Below are positions 51,049 through 64,000 of a stretch of 64,000 nucleotides of DNA, in pieces. The notes below the pieces were generated by a model that made no database searches, had not been told where the DNA came from, and saw nothing but the letters and a program-made list of their open reading frames with translations. How positions within the stretch are numbered: position 1 is the stretch's first letter; the number at the start of each line of letters is the position of its first letter. The DNA comes from Chrysomallon squamiferum (lineage: Eukaryota; Animalia; Mollusca): positions 27,156,001 through 27,220,000 of the forward strand of contig CM022673.1 of NCBI GenBank assembly GCA_012295275.1, written 5' to 3'. The position numbers were made by a program, and so were the translations under genes.

Positions 51049-51897
51049 ATGAATGTAGGACATAATTTGCATATGAACCTTGGTCAGCTGTACAACATGC
51101 GGCCCTTGTTATTCTTTCAGAAATTACTGCGTGTTGTAGCAGCGTGGTTCGGATTAAAAAGAGAGACGGTCATCATGTCCATCGACAAAGATGAAATAGA
51201 CGATGCAGAAGTTCGTCTTAAAGCTTACCGCTGGTGTCGAGATTCTCTTCATGGGTCGTGGGCCAACGTTGAGGAAAACGACATAGTCGTCAAACGTCTG
51301 AGGTACTGCGTTATTATTATTAGAAATCAGTTATTAAAAAACGGGTTTTGTTTTATTTTTCAATAAGTTTTGCTATAAGATGATTTTAATTTATTCACTT
51401 TTTGTGTTTTAGTGAATTAATTTAATTTACAAATTATTTTGAATTATTTTTATTTATTTATTTATTTACAATAAAACAATTTTTGAAATAAATAAATAAA
51501 TAAAATAGATGATGAAATAGAAGTATGCATTATGATGAACAAATATACAGGGACAGAGTATACACCAAAAAAATCCCATTTTTCTCTAATTAATAAGACA
51601 TTTTCATTATATGCAAAGATTTCAGAACTGTTGTTGTTATTTTATTATTATGATTATTATTATTATTATATATATATTTTTTGTACTTAATTATAATTGT
51701 TGAAATAAAGACAGTCAGTATACATGTACTTGTAATCAGTGATCAGTAATGTTGCCTCAAAAATGATAATCACAATTCTTTTTCCAACATGTTTTGTATA
51801 CCTAACAATATCAAATTTTCTAATACAAATATTTGAATGTTGTTTAAAGTAATACATACATACATACATACATACATACACACATACACACATACAC

Positions 51898-51929
<32 letters not shown>

Positions 51930-52660
51930 ACATATATACATACATACATACATACATACATACATACACACACATAGATACAGTCATACATACACATACA
52001 TACAGTCATACATAAACACATATAGACACATACATACACACACACACACATATATTGAATAATGTGATCTCAGTTTAAATAAAGATACATATAAATATTT
52101 TACTAACACTTTAAAAACCAACAACAAAAGAAACAAACAAACATACAAAATTTACTAATATTCTAATTTTTTATTTTCTGCAGTATCACAGGATAAAGTT
52201 ACATCCATTAATACTTTTTTTATTATTTTCCTTCTTGATTTCACAGTACAAAAGTAATGAAATGTCCCTTTGAAGTTGATACAGATGCAATTGTTTCTGT
52301 GTGTATGTGATGTGAATACAAAACTCTACTGCCATCAGTTTAAGATACTCATATTGATTAGCAATAAATGATTGTTTATATCTACATTCCCATAGAAAGG
52401 GGTAAAACATGTACCCTGGTCTTTGTCAAAACTGCCACAAGGCAAATGTATTGCCAGGAGAAAGTAATTAACTGGAAAGATTGATCATCTGATCTGTTTT
52501 GTCTCAAGGTTTAAATTATTATCATGCTAAAAGCAAGTATATTTTAGGCAGCAATATTTTTAATTGTTTAGCTTATTTTATTTACTCCCTTTTATTTCAT
52601 TATTATTATAATTGTTGTTGTTGTTATTGTTATTGTTCATTATTGTTATACTTCTTCTTA

Positions 52661-52723
<63 letters not shown>

Positions 52724-55700
52724 TTATTCATAACATTAATCTTCTTAAAACTATTTCTTATGATATTTTTAAAATATATCCCCCTGAAATAGTAGAGTTA
52801 ACTTTATTATTAAAATAGGTATCTGATAACCACACAGTTGAATTACATACAGGCTAAACAAATATTTATTTTGGCTTAATCACCGACTCCCAGAAAAGTA
52901 AATATGTCAGATTACAGACCCAGTATAATTACTGTGAGGAATTTATTATGAATATAACCACACTGATTAATTAAAAATAAAATAAGAGAAGATTATAGTA
53001 TTTAAAAATAAAAATTAAAAAACAAAATAAAAGCTGCTTGTAAACAAAAGATAAAATAATAATAATAAACAGAAGCTAAATTATAAAAAAATAAACAAAA
53101 AGAAGTGAAAAATTGATTTTTTCTTTCTTAATATTAGTTGACCCAATGTTTAAATGAAAACAAGACAAGTCTGCTTATTTTCTTTTTAAACAAATAAATG
53201 ATGTGTTTTTAGTTGTAAAATTAATAGTTTTAAATGTATGAATATATCCAACATGCAGAACATTTGATGAGGATTATGGACACCCATTTGCAAACTAAAA
53301 ATATGTTTTCTGTGTTGAAATATGTAAATCAATAACTTTTATCTACAATTCAGATCTCATGGAACATTTGTAAGTTTTAAAAATGTTATTATTAAAAGAA
53401 GAAAAAAGAGTGTGTAGTACATTCAGAATAACAAATGAGTTTTTAAAATATAATAGTGTAGTACATTATATGGCCAGTATCTTTCAGAACAAGTTAAAAT
53501 TTGAATGACAGAATGTTTGTTTGTTCTGGCTCAGAAGTATTTACTATTATTTGTCTTCATGGTATTTCCTTCTTTTTTTTTCTTTTTTTTTTATGTGGTA
53601 TCAGAACTTGGTTGGAATGGTGAAAAAAAGAAGAGGAAAACCATGTGTTTATTTAATAATATTGAACATATGTTTAGATCTATATAATTCTGGACAATTT
53701 ATTTAGTACCATTCAAAAGACGAAAGATATGATCGCTGTATTCTGAGCTGTTCTTTTTCATTTAGCAGCAAGAAACTTTTATGTGTACCATCCCACAGAC
53801 AGAATATACCACATACAACAGTTGTTTATTATTTTAGCATTCAAATATTTATTAAGTGCTTTATTTTTTTTGTATTTACTTATTGTTTGGTATTTACCTT
53901 TGGTTTGACACCCAGTAGCTGGTCTGTTGTTAAATATGATTCATTCATACATTTTATTTTAGACTTTTTTTTTTCTTTTTTTCTTTTTCTCCAGTGGTGG
54001 CCTCACAAACTACCTTTACTTGTGTTACCTTCCATCAGACACAGAACTGAAACCATCTGAGCCACGCTGTGTTTTGCTGAGGGTTTACGGACACATAGCA
54101 AAAACTAGTAAAGAATTTGTAGTTCACAATTCTGTTGTGTTTGCCATTTTGTCAGAAAAAGGACTTGGACCAAAGCTCTATGGAATTTACCACGATGGCC
54201 GCATTGAAGAATACATTCCGGTATGAAAACACTCATTTCTTTTAAATTTTTTAATAGCTGATCAAGTTAATTTCTGTATCTGTTCAGAGTTTGCATTTTT
54301 TTTAAAGCTACAAAGTACAATGGTGTTTATGTTACACTGACTGAACTAATTATTTTTAATCCTTTGACTGTGCAGATCACATAATTAATGTGCAACAAGA
54401 TTGATAAAAGATTCAGATTTCGACAAAAATTTAATATTTTGATGACCAAAATACAGTTTCAAGCAAAACGAAAACAAATTCACAACAAGAAGCAGTGATT
54501 TGTTAAAGTATTATTTGAACTCATTTTCATTATTTCTTTATTTTCAGACTAAGCCTTTAAGGCGTACAGACTTGCACCATCCTAAAATTTCACATCTCAT
54601 TGCTAAAAAATTAGCGCACTTTCATAGTTTGGATATGCCACTCTGCAAAGAGCCACGTTGGCTTTACAACATCATCAATGGGTAAAATAAAACTTGTTAC
54701 TTAGTAAAATCTAAATATCTTAGTTCATATCAAACAGTTACATACCCTGCTAACTCAACAGGCAAACAACCAAAATGATGATTATCACACGTAAAGCAAA
54801 AATTCTAAATAAAAATTGTTTATGAACTAAAATGAATAATGTTGTCTTGAGATTCAGATTAAGAATTAAATACTGTTGTTGTTAATGTTATAATTAATTT
54901 AAACAACCTGAATTAATAAAAAGATGTTTTGATTATAGATGGGTTCAAGAAATACAGAATAACTTTGCCAACAGTCTTCTGAGAAATCCACAAGTGACAA
55001 AAGTTTTGTCAGTTGATTTACAAGAAGAGTTAGACTCTTTAATGTGAGTATTGGAGGACTTATTTTAATCTTGCTGTTTCACAACTAGTTCATTATTTAT
55101 CATCAAATATGGATAGACCAACAAAGAGAGGAAGGTGTATGGATATTATTTCACTTAGTGCACATAATGCTGTATTCTGCTGTACATAATGATAATGCTT
55201 TAAACTATTTTTTTTATTATATTATTATTATATATATATATTTTTTTTTTGACCGTTTGTAGATTGTATTGTCATTTGTATGCATATTTTCATTGAATTT
55301 TTTTGTTTAAGTAGTTTTTTGATTACTGTGATATAAATAGATATTTTACACTTTAAAGTTTATCTGTATTAGTATATATTAACTGCTTTTTCTCAATTTT
55401 TAGGAAATATTTCATTACAATTGTATCTTAAGAAATCTTTCGTCTTACAAAAATGAAATTATAATCAGAAATTATAATCAGATGAATAATGTTAACTGTT
55501 TTATTTAATTTTCAGAAAACTGACCTACTGATATGAAACGTGTTTTTTATTTTATTTTCAGGAAGATATTATCTCAAGTCACGTCACCAGTAGTGTTTTG
55601 TCACAATGATTTACAAGAAGGTGGGTGTGGTCTCTGACTGATAAAACAGTTTTATGTGTATGTATGTGTGTGTATGTATATTAGTTTCTCTTGCAATACA

Positions 55701-56449
55701 GAATATTTTTATTTTTCTGTTTTTTTTTTTTTTTTTTATTAATGATCATGTCAGAGCATTTCTTAGTGTATTAGTAAACAGTGTAATTTTTTGTGTTGAT
55801 GTCTGAATGTGTTAGCTTGTTAATAAAACTGTTTCTTTGCATTAATGTATGAATCTGTTAGTCTGTTAGTAAAACAGTATTTCTTTGTGTTTATGTAGCA
55901 TGCAGGAAAATGTGTTTCTTTGTGTTAATGTATGAATCTGTTAGTATGTTAGTAAAACAGTATTTCTTTGTGTTTATCTTAATTTGTTAATAAGACAGTG
56001 CATTTCTTTGTGTTAATGTATAAAATGACAGTAAAATGATGTATTTATTTGTATTAATGTATGAATGTTTTTATTTTATCATGCTAATAAAACACTGTGC
56101 TTCTTTGTGTTAATGTATGAATGTCTTTATGTTAGTGTGTTAGTAAAACAGTGTGTGATTGGGTGTTACAGATAGATGGATAACAAAAACCCCAAAGATG
56201 CTTAAATATTTGTTTTATTGTTTAAGGAAACATGCTGTATCTGGAGAAGAATCCAGACGAATCTCGACAAATGACTGTTATTGACTGGGAGTACTGTAGT
56301 TACAACTACAGGTAGAAAATGTTAATCTTTGTACACATCTTGTCAAAAAACAACTCATGTTGTGTGTTTAATATTTAAACAAGCAAACAAAATTAATTTC
56401 TATGATGTAGTTCTTTTTCTGTCATTTTCAGCATCTCTCTCTCTCTCTC

Positions 56450-56491
<42 letters not shown>

Positions 56492-56536
56492 GCCTCTCTC
56501 TCGCTCTCTCTCTCTCTCTCTAGCTCTCTCTCTCTC

Positions 56537-56567
<31 letters not shown>

Positions 56568-58809
56568 TTTTTTCTTTCTCTGAATATTATAATACAAACA
56601 CTAGTTTTTAAATAGTTTTTCTTTAGGACACAGCTTTATAACTTTACAAACTTTATAACTTTATGCCTTTGTGGAAACAAAATATGTTTTCTGTAAATAC
56701 ACAGCCTGCAGAAATTGTGTAAAGTTTTATATATCCTTGTATCTCCAGCTGCTTATTATTTTTATTAAATTTACTCTTTTCTTTTTTCAGAGGTTTTGAT
56801 TTTGGTAATCATTTCATAGAATGGTGTTATGATTATGCAGACACTCCTGATCCTCCATATTTCAGTTACCATCCTGAAGATTTTCCATCACGAAAACATC
56901 AGGTGGGTGATGTTCTGCAGTTTCAATCTGTTAATGATCAAAATACAACACAAAGAGACTTTATAGTTTATAATGTTTTACTGTTGCCAATATATTACTA
57001 TTACTACTACTACTACTACTAATGAAGAACTGAAAATATTGATCTTTTATCTTTCTCTGAATTAGGACTGATGCATGACAAATTAATCCTATGAAGTAAA
57101 TTAAATGCATCACTTTATCATTGCCAGAACAGCATGCTTGCATTTAAAATTAAATGGTTAAAAAAAGAAAGATGTCTTATCAGCTGCTACAGCTGTTGTC
57201 AAAAAATGAAATATAAACAATTCTAGTATTGATGTTTATATGTATTACAGTTAGCAGTATGGAGTGTTTTGTATAGCTGCATTCTGATTTTAATTAAAGT
57301 TTAAAGAATTTGGCATTAATGAATGTCTATATATTTTAGTGGCTTTTTTGCTAGTTATTTGATTTTTGTTAAAAAAAATTGTTTTTCAAATGCAGTGTAT
57401 CGACACATTCGTACTGATTTCAGTTAGCTCTGTGTCAGTTATCTCATTCTTAATTTGTATGTTTTCTGTCTGTCCCATCTTTAGCAATTTTGTTATTAAT
57501 TAAAAGCTATTACAATGCAATATGGTTTTCCTGTCTTCGTCAAGATGCATGTTAAAGAAATATCTTTTTGCAAATTGGTAAGAGTAATCTACAAATTAAT
57601 AACAGTCATTTACATTTCTCTTACAACAAAATCATAAAGACAGTTAGATTCTGTTAAATAAAAGTAAACAGTCATCATTTATTTATTTATATGAGCATTC
57701 ATTCCTCTCCATTCCATTTATTTGATTACTTATATATTATTTGGATTGCAGTTAAGTTAGAAGACTGTAAAATTATTACCTGTAATTTCAACCCTTACAG
57801 TTAACAAAACAGATGTTACAGGAAAATAATCCCTGTATTTTTTTCTGATTTATTTTTATTAGTTTATTTTCAAATCAAGCCTCACTGTTACTATTTTCAA
57901 CTCTGAATTATAAAAATTAGCTTCAGTTAGTTCACAAAAAAAATAAAATAATAATAATGAGAAGAATAATAATATTAATAATAATAATTATTTGAAATTG
58001 TCTTCAAGATCAAAAACTTTATTGGTGGGGTTGGAATTAGTCATGGTATTAATTTTATTATTGTTGTTGTTTTTATTTTTGCATTTTGTTGGCTTATGTA
58101 CATTTTTTCAGATGTGCATGTTGCTGCAGTTTTCGTAAATGTAAGCATATGTTTTGTGGCGTTTTTATTTTATAATAACAATAACAACCTAGATTTGTGA
58201 TCAGTACACATTAAATAATCGTGTGATAAATAGAACTAATATATCTCTTGCTTAGATCGTTGAAGCAAGGTCTGTTATTGTTCTGCACATTTCATGTATC
58301 ACTCATAATTAGTTTCGAAGTGCTTCTATAGTTTTTTTTTATTTTACTGTGTGTGTGTACATGACATAGTATTAAGTCTGTTTCCTGCACATGAAAGAGA
58401 TTCACAAACGAATGCAGTCTAATTAATTACTTGAATGATGGTAGTTGTTTTAATGTTGGTCACAGTTTGCTGAAATATGTAATAAAACTTGTCACTCAGC
58501 TTTGTTATAACATTGTCTCTTTATCTTCCTGAATACAATATTAGAATATCATTTAATGCTCGGTTCACTGCCGAAGACAGTTGGAATGTTAACTATGTAT
58601 GTATTTGCAGATATATGATCATAATAAGTGTGCCCCACATTTACACATACATGTTCACACATACTATGTTCAGATAAATGTAGTCACAGGCACAGACACA
58701 TAACATACACAAATATATATATGCAGGTAAACATATAAATACATACAGATATCGTGCGACATACACATATGCATTCATGGAAATACATAGACACCAAGCA
58801 TGTACAGAA

Positions 58810-58844
<35 letters not shown>

Positions 58845-61001
58845 AAAAACCTGGATGCAGAAAACAGAAATCAAAGAAACTTGTGCATTTTGTCTAGTCT
58901 CAGTCAAAGTTTACTAATTACAAAATCTTTTCCTGGTTCACCATCTGTTTAAAATCATTAATACCTCAGGCAATTTAGTTTTATTTTGGTTTGGTTGTGA
59001 ATGAGAGAGAATAGCAGAAGACATGATACCTAGAAAAATTGACTGTTTGGTGCTGGTAGCATATTGGACTCACTGCTAAACACAGTTGCACATTTATTCT
59101 GAATTTGTAGATTCTTAAGCTGCAGTAGATATATACATATACAGATATGATACAGAATGTTACCTTTGGTGGTAGAAAAAACTAATGTCCTAATTTTGTA
59201 CAGAGCATTTATATGTATCATTGTTTTCAACACAGATTCCAATCTTTGCTAATAATGAGGTATTGCAACAGTAGCAGAGTTTGTTTTTATTAGTAGTTTT
59301 TTTGTTTTTGTGTATCTAAAATGGGTGTATCAAAAAAGAGAAAGAATGTCATTATTTATACATTCTCAACTATGTGTTAATTTATTGTCACACATATTAT
59401 TAGCTAACAATAACAGCTAAAATAAAAGAAAAAAGAAACACACACAAAAAAAAAGAAAAAAATTCAAAATAGTTTATTATTTTACTGAGTACTGTTTATT
59501 TCTGTCTCTATCAGAAAATTATATTGTAGGATTTTAAAATGTTTGTGTAGTACATTATTCATTTTCTTATTTTCTCTTCCTTTCCATTTTTTTAGTTTTG
59601 TTTTTACTCATTATTTTTTATTTTTTATTTTTATTTTTTTTCATTTTATTTTCTTTAATTCTTTGTTGCTTTTACTATATTTTAACTATTACTAAATATT
59701 TAAAAATCTGTGATCTTTGCCTCAATATTTTGTGTTTTTAATATATTACAACAGTTTATTTATATTTGTAAAAAAAAAAAAAAATAATAATAATAATTAT
59801 AATAATTCAAGTCAGAAAAATGTTATAAAAGTATTTATTTTTAAAAAAAAAAGGAAAAGGTTTTGTTTTCCTAGAGTTGAAATCTAAATTAGAAATTAAC
59901 AGTCAAATAAGCTGAAGGTAATTTAGTGAAATAATTAATTATGAAATTTTTTTTTTTTTTTAAATAAATAACAAATGTGACTGTATATGGATATTAACAT
60001 GCATAAACAACGGTTTACCATATGTTGATGACATACAACTATAAATAAATTAAATAAAAGCTTTGGGAGGGGTTATTTACTGAATATTTTAAGTAATTAT
60101 AAATCATCTGGTATTCTCTATTAATGAAAACCTCCCACTGTGCTGGTACATAACTAAATAAATGTTAAAAAAAAAAGAAGAGTAAAGATATAAACCCACC
60201 TGCCACTAAACATGTGCTGTTTTTATGTTTAAGCATTGATTTTTCAAAAACTGTTTGACGTTTCCTCTTTCATTTGAATGTAAAAATACCTTTTGTGTTC
60301 TTTTTATGGGCAAGTTATATGTAATACAATTTGTGTTTTGCATACAAATTCCAACATAAAAAACCCTAAAAACAGCTTTATGTATGTATATGCATATATA
60401 ATGATGTATATGTATACATATATGTATATACATAGATATATGTATTCCGTTATTAATACAGTCAAAAATATATATACATATATACATTTTTTTTGGTTTG
60501 TTTCTCGTTTTTGTTTTGTTCTTTCTGGTACTGTGTTGTGTGTAAAATGTGATATTTTCTGTTTCAGTACGAGTTTTTCCAAGAATACCTGACAGCCTCA
60601 GGAAAAACAGACTTCACAGACAGAGACCTTGCTAACATGTACGAAGAAGCCAATACATACGTGCTGGCCTCCCATTTCCTCTGGGGCGCATGGTCGCTGG
60701 TCCAGTCACAGACCTGTGTCATAAAGTTTGGATATCTGGTGAGAAATTGGTGTATTTTGAAATAAATATTTTCTTGATTGCTATTCATATATGATTGAGA
60801 GATAAAAGATTATTTACAAATAAGCTTGAATTTGAGCTTGTGATAATGAGCTTGTATGTAGCATCAGTAATGAAAAGGTTAAGTATTCAAACCAAATACT
60901 TGTTTGTGTTCTACATGTGTGTGTGTGTGTGAACATGTGCATGCCAGTATGCTTGCATGTGTAAGTAACTGAGAAATTGATTAATTTACTGTTTCAGGAT
61001 C

Positions 61002-61032
<31 letters not shown>

Positions 61033-61143
61033 TTTTCAATTTAATATTTTGCTTTCTCTTTATTTCAGGAATATGCTTTAAGCAGATTTGAGGCCTATTT
61101 TCAAATGAAAGAACAGCTTCCTTTTCTGGAATTCCATGAATGA
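51049..61143 (+). CDS. CHK: Choline/ethanolamine kinase (CHKA/CHKB-like)
   Basis: Exons 51049 (or 51175)-51302, 53995-54220, 54548-54681, 54939-55043, 55562-55620, 56227-56311, 56791-56902, 60568-60738, 61069-61143; [37 protein letters not shown], Brenner motif CHNDLQEGN, choline-kinase motif [49 protein letters not shown]. Confidence 0.96.
51853..52051. repeat. (CATA)n/(CA)n compound microsatellite
   Basis: Direct inspection. Confidence 0.9.
53755..53935 (-). mobile_element. Degenerate SINE-like relic
   Basis: cagcaagaaacttttatgtgtaccatcccacagacag resembles a gastropod SINE body as I recall it; related fragment tcccttgctgctaa near 33437; not verifiable here. Confidence 0.35.
55760..56155. 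repeat. Degenerate ~40-55-bp minisatellite in a choline kinase intron
   Basis: Recurring ttctttgtgttaatgtatgaat..gttagtaaaacag units. Confidence 0.8.
56433..56568. repeat. (CT)n microsatellite
   Basis: Direct inspection. Confidence 0.9.
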
Positions 61144-62080
61144 AAAGTTTTTATTTCATTCAAATTCTTCAATTTTATCCAGAATATTCGATTAATCCAT
61201 ATGAACTGCAGTCAGTTTATGCATTTTTTTTAATGTATTTGCATATTAATATTTCTTTTTTAGTACATAAATTTATTTTCTTTATTATTATTCTTAATAA
61301 GTATTCTTAATATTTCTTTCATTTAATGCTTCACTACTTGTTAGATTATATTCATAAACAGAATATGTTAATTATGATTCTAAAATAATTAATTCATTAG
61401 GGGAAAAAAAAAAAATACTTATTGAAATAAATGACACACTAAGAAAATAGATAAGATTTTTATTGATAAACAAAATATATTAATTGTGATTCTAAGATAA
61501 TTAATTATTCTTGAAAAAAATTAACAAAGAAGATTACAGTTTAAATATCACTGAATTAACCAGGTTTTTAAAAAAATATTTTAAAAAAATTAAGAAATTC
61601 ATTTAAATGTTTATTTGCTAAAGGAGATGAATTGTTATTATTATTCTTGCTTTGATGGGTTAAGAAAGAAAGAAAGATGGTTTTGTCAAAATATTTTAAA
61701 CATTTAAAATTTATAAATATTTTCATGTGATTTCGATTTGCTGTTCCCCTGTTTTCATATAGAGATGTATCAGCTAAGTCTTTAACAATGCACAAATTTC
61801 CACATTATTTATTGCTCCCAGTATTTTTATATGTTTTGTTACTTTTTTTTTTTTTTTTTTTTTTTTTATTTTTTTATAGTTAGGTTTGATTCTTTGATAA
61901 TAACATTCAATGCTTACTCAGATATTATTAATAATTATTGCCACTGAAAGCTTTAAATTGAGGTTTAAATAAAGAAGAGTTCAGATTAATCATGTACCAT
62001 TATTGCTTAACTTTGAATAGCCTTCCAGACTAAAAATAATTTTTTATGTCATAAATCTAACATTCCCTTAAGGATTATAA

Positions 62081-62082
<2 letters not shown>

Positions 62083-62160
<78 letters not shown>
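62083..62160. repeat. (GT)n microsatellite
   Basis: Direct inspection. Confidence 0.95.
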
Positions 62161-64000
62161 TTCATTTTAACATTTAATTAATACATTGTGATAAATAAAA
62201 CTGCTTATAAATGAAGTCGATCAAGTTTCTTTTTCTTTCTTTTTTCTTTATTGTTCCATAATTATAATATTGATAGTTTTATTTTAGTTTCAGCTAATAT
62301 ATTTTTATTTTAAAAATTTTGTTTTATTTCTTGATTATTTTTAAAGTATGTGTTATACTCTTAATACAATATTCTTATTTATTTTATATATTTTTTTACT
62401 TTCATTCTTTTTTATTATATTTTTCAGGTTTTTGTTATTCATATATTTTTATTTTTATTTTAAAAAGGTTTTATTTTCTGTGTCATCTTCAGTTATGATT
62501 TTTTTTTTTTTCTTTTTTTTTTAATTGTTTTATTTTATTTTATTTTTTTACTTATTTTCTATTTTTGTTTAATTGATTTTTATTGTTATTATTAATATTA
62601 TTATAATTATTCAGTTATGGTTTTTGATGGTTTTTGTATTATTATGATTATTATGCATGTAGTGTGGAGTGTTATATACTAACATTAATCACAAGTACTA
62701 GACAGTCTCAAAGTGCAGTGGTTAAAACTTGGTCTTCATACTGATAATCTGCAAGATTGCATCTTTGCGTCATCTCCTTGATTCACAGAGCATTAACATT
62801 TTTATAATGCTTAAAGAAACTAAGTAACTTTTAAAGTAACTATTATTAATTACAGCAGAGGGAAGTTGGACATTCTATACCAACAGTATCTCTGATAAAT
62901 ATTCTATTGTACTGATTCTGCTATTCATTGGTTTACTGGACTGTGAGCCCAAAAATAATGTGCCTAACAACTAGAACCAAAAAAAATAACTAGCAACAAC
63001 AACAGCAACAATAAATTCGATAGTTAATATTTTGCATATTTAAATATTAATTCTAATTGGTTCATACATTCAACACTTTTGAAATTTTTTAACATTTAAC
63101 TGGAGATTCAAATGTGTCTCCCTAGTACATATTTAAAAAAAATATGAGTCATCTTGTCAGAAGAGAGTTAATGTTTTACAAAGTTAGTGAGAAGACAGGA
63201 TGTAGAAGTCTCTAACCTAGGATCTTTTAGCCAAAAAATATGTTGTGATTTTACAATTCCTTAAATAACTTGAGCAAAGTGAGCTGGTACTGAGATGCAA
63301 TCTTTATGCCTATCAAGCCACAAGGTCAGAGGTTTAACCACAGACACTGGTCTAGTTAGTGCAATTACCTGCCATTTTAGATGTATATGTATTGAACTTT
63401 CTGATTGGTTAATGAATGTTCTGAAATTTGTTTAGACCAATAAAATGTTTGATTACAATCAACAGTTTAAAAACAGAAATCTAGTCATGTTAATCAATTT
63501 TCATTTGTCTGCTTTTTGGTTGTGATTATGAACATTCTTTACTGCTTTAAAATAATATGATTTCTTTTTTTTTCTTCTTTATTTTTTCTTCTTTTGTTTT
63601 GTTTTATTTATTTACTTATTTTCTATTTTTGTTTAATTGATTTTTATTATTGTTGTTATTCTTATTATTATTATTATTATTATTATAATTATTATTTTAA
63701 TGTTCAAATGTTTCATGATTTTTACATTATTATATTTATAAATGATATATTTTTTTTAATGTTAACAGTGATAAATATTTTTATGTTTTGTGATATAATG
63801 TGATTATTGATCCAGATGATTAATGGTTTTGCAATATTTTATTTAATTTAAATGTGTATTATTAAAATTTATTTATTTATTTATTTATTATTATTATTAT
63901 TATTGTTATTAGTATTATTATTATTATAACTTTTTTTTTTTTTTTTTGATGTGAAATGATATGCATAGTAAGATATAAAATGTATTGTTTTGATCTTGTT

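Noticed and set aside
62500-63720. Similar T-rich blocks near 62540-62640 and 63600-63720
   Set aside because: Low-complexity local duplication with no structural or coding signal

Overview
Very AT-rich, microsatellite-rich, intron-containing animal DNA; gene structure and repeat relics suggest a lophotrochozoan, probably a gastropod mollusc (inference). Exon phases were reconstructed by hand. Gene order: 3' part of a BLTP3/UHRF1BP1-like bridge-like lipid transfer gene (+, 6060-16823; 5' exons lie outside the window) with an antisense, coding-intronless class A GPCR nested in one intron; SR splicing factor paralog A (-, 24100-30175); ARL1 (-, 32999-35990); SR paralog B (+, 36954-42350); a CpG-rich gap holding a pogo/Tigger-type MITE and a candidate unannotated spliced transcript; a KCTD BTB gene (-, 49639-50370) head-to-head with a choline/ethanolamine kinase (+, 51049/51175-61143). 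The most interesting signal is the inverted pair of RRM + CCHC zinc-knuckle + RS proteins, whose RRM looks like plant RS2Z. Their introns otherwise show no similarity by eye, yet both copies keep the same splicing-regulatory kit: a conserved ~300-nt poison cassette exon (early TGA, GCCA cluster, two donors 27 nt apart, internal AUGs in frame with the knuckle/RS exons, i.e. a possible Split-ORF), an identical 12-nt RRM microexon with a conserved downstream 12-mer, and a tandem GTGAGG/GTAAAT donor. Four frameshifts at short homopolymer runs (three in BLTP3, one in the GPCR) are most likely assembly errors.
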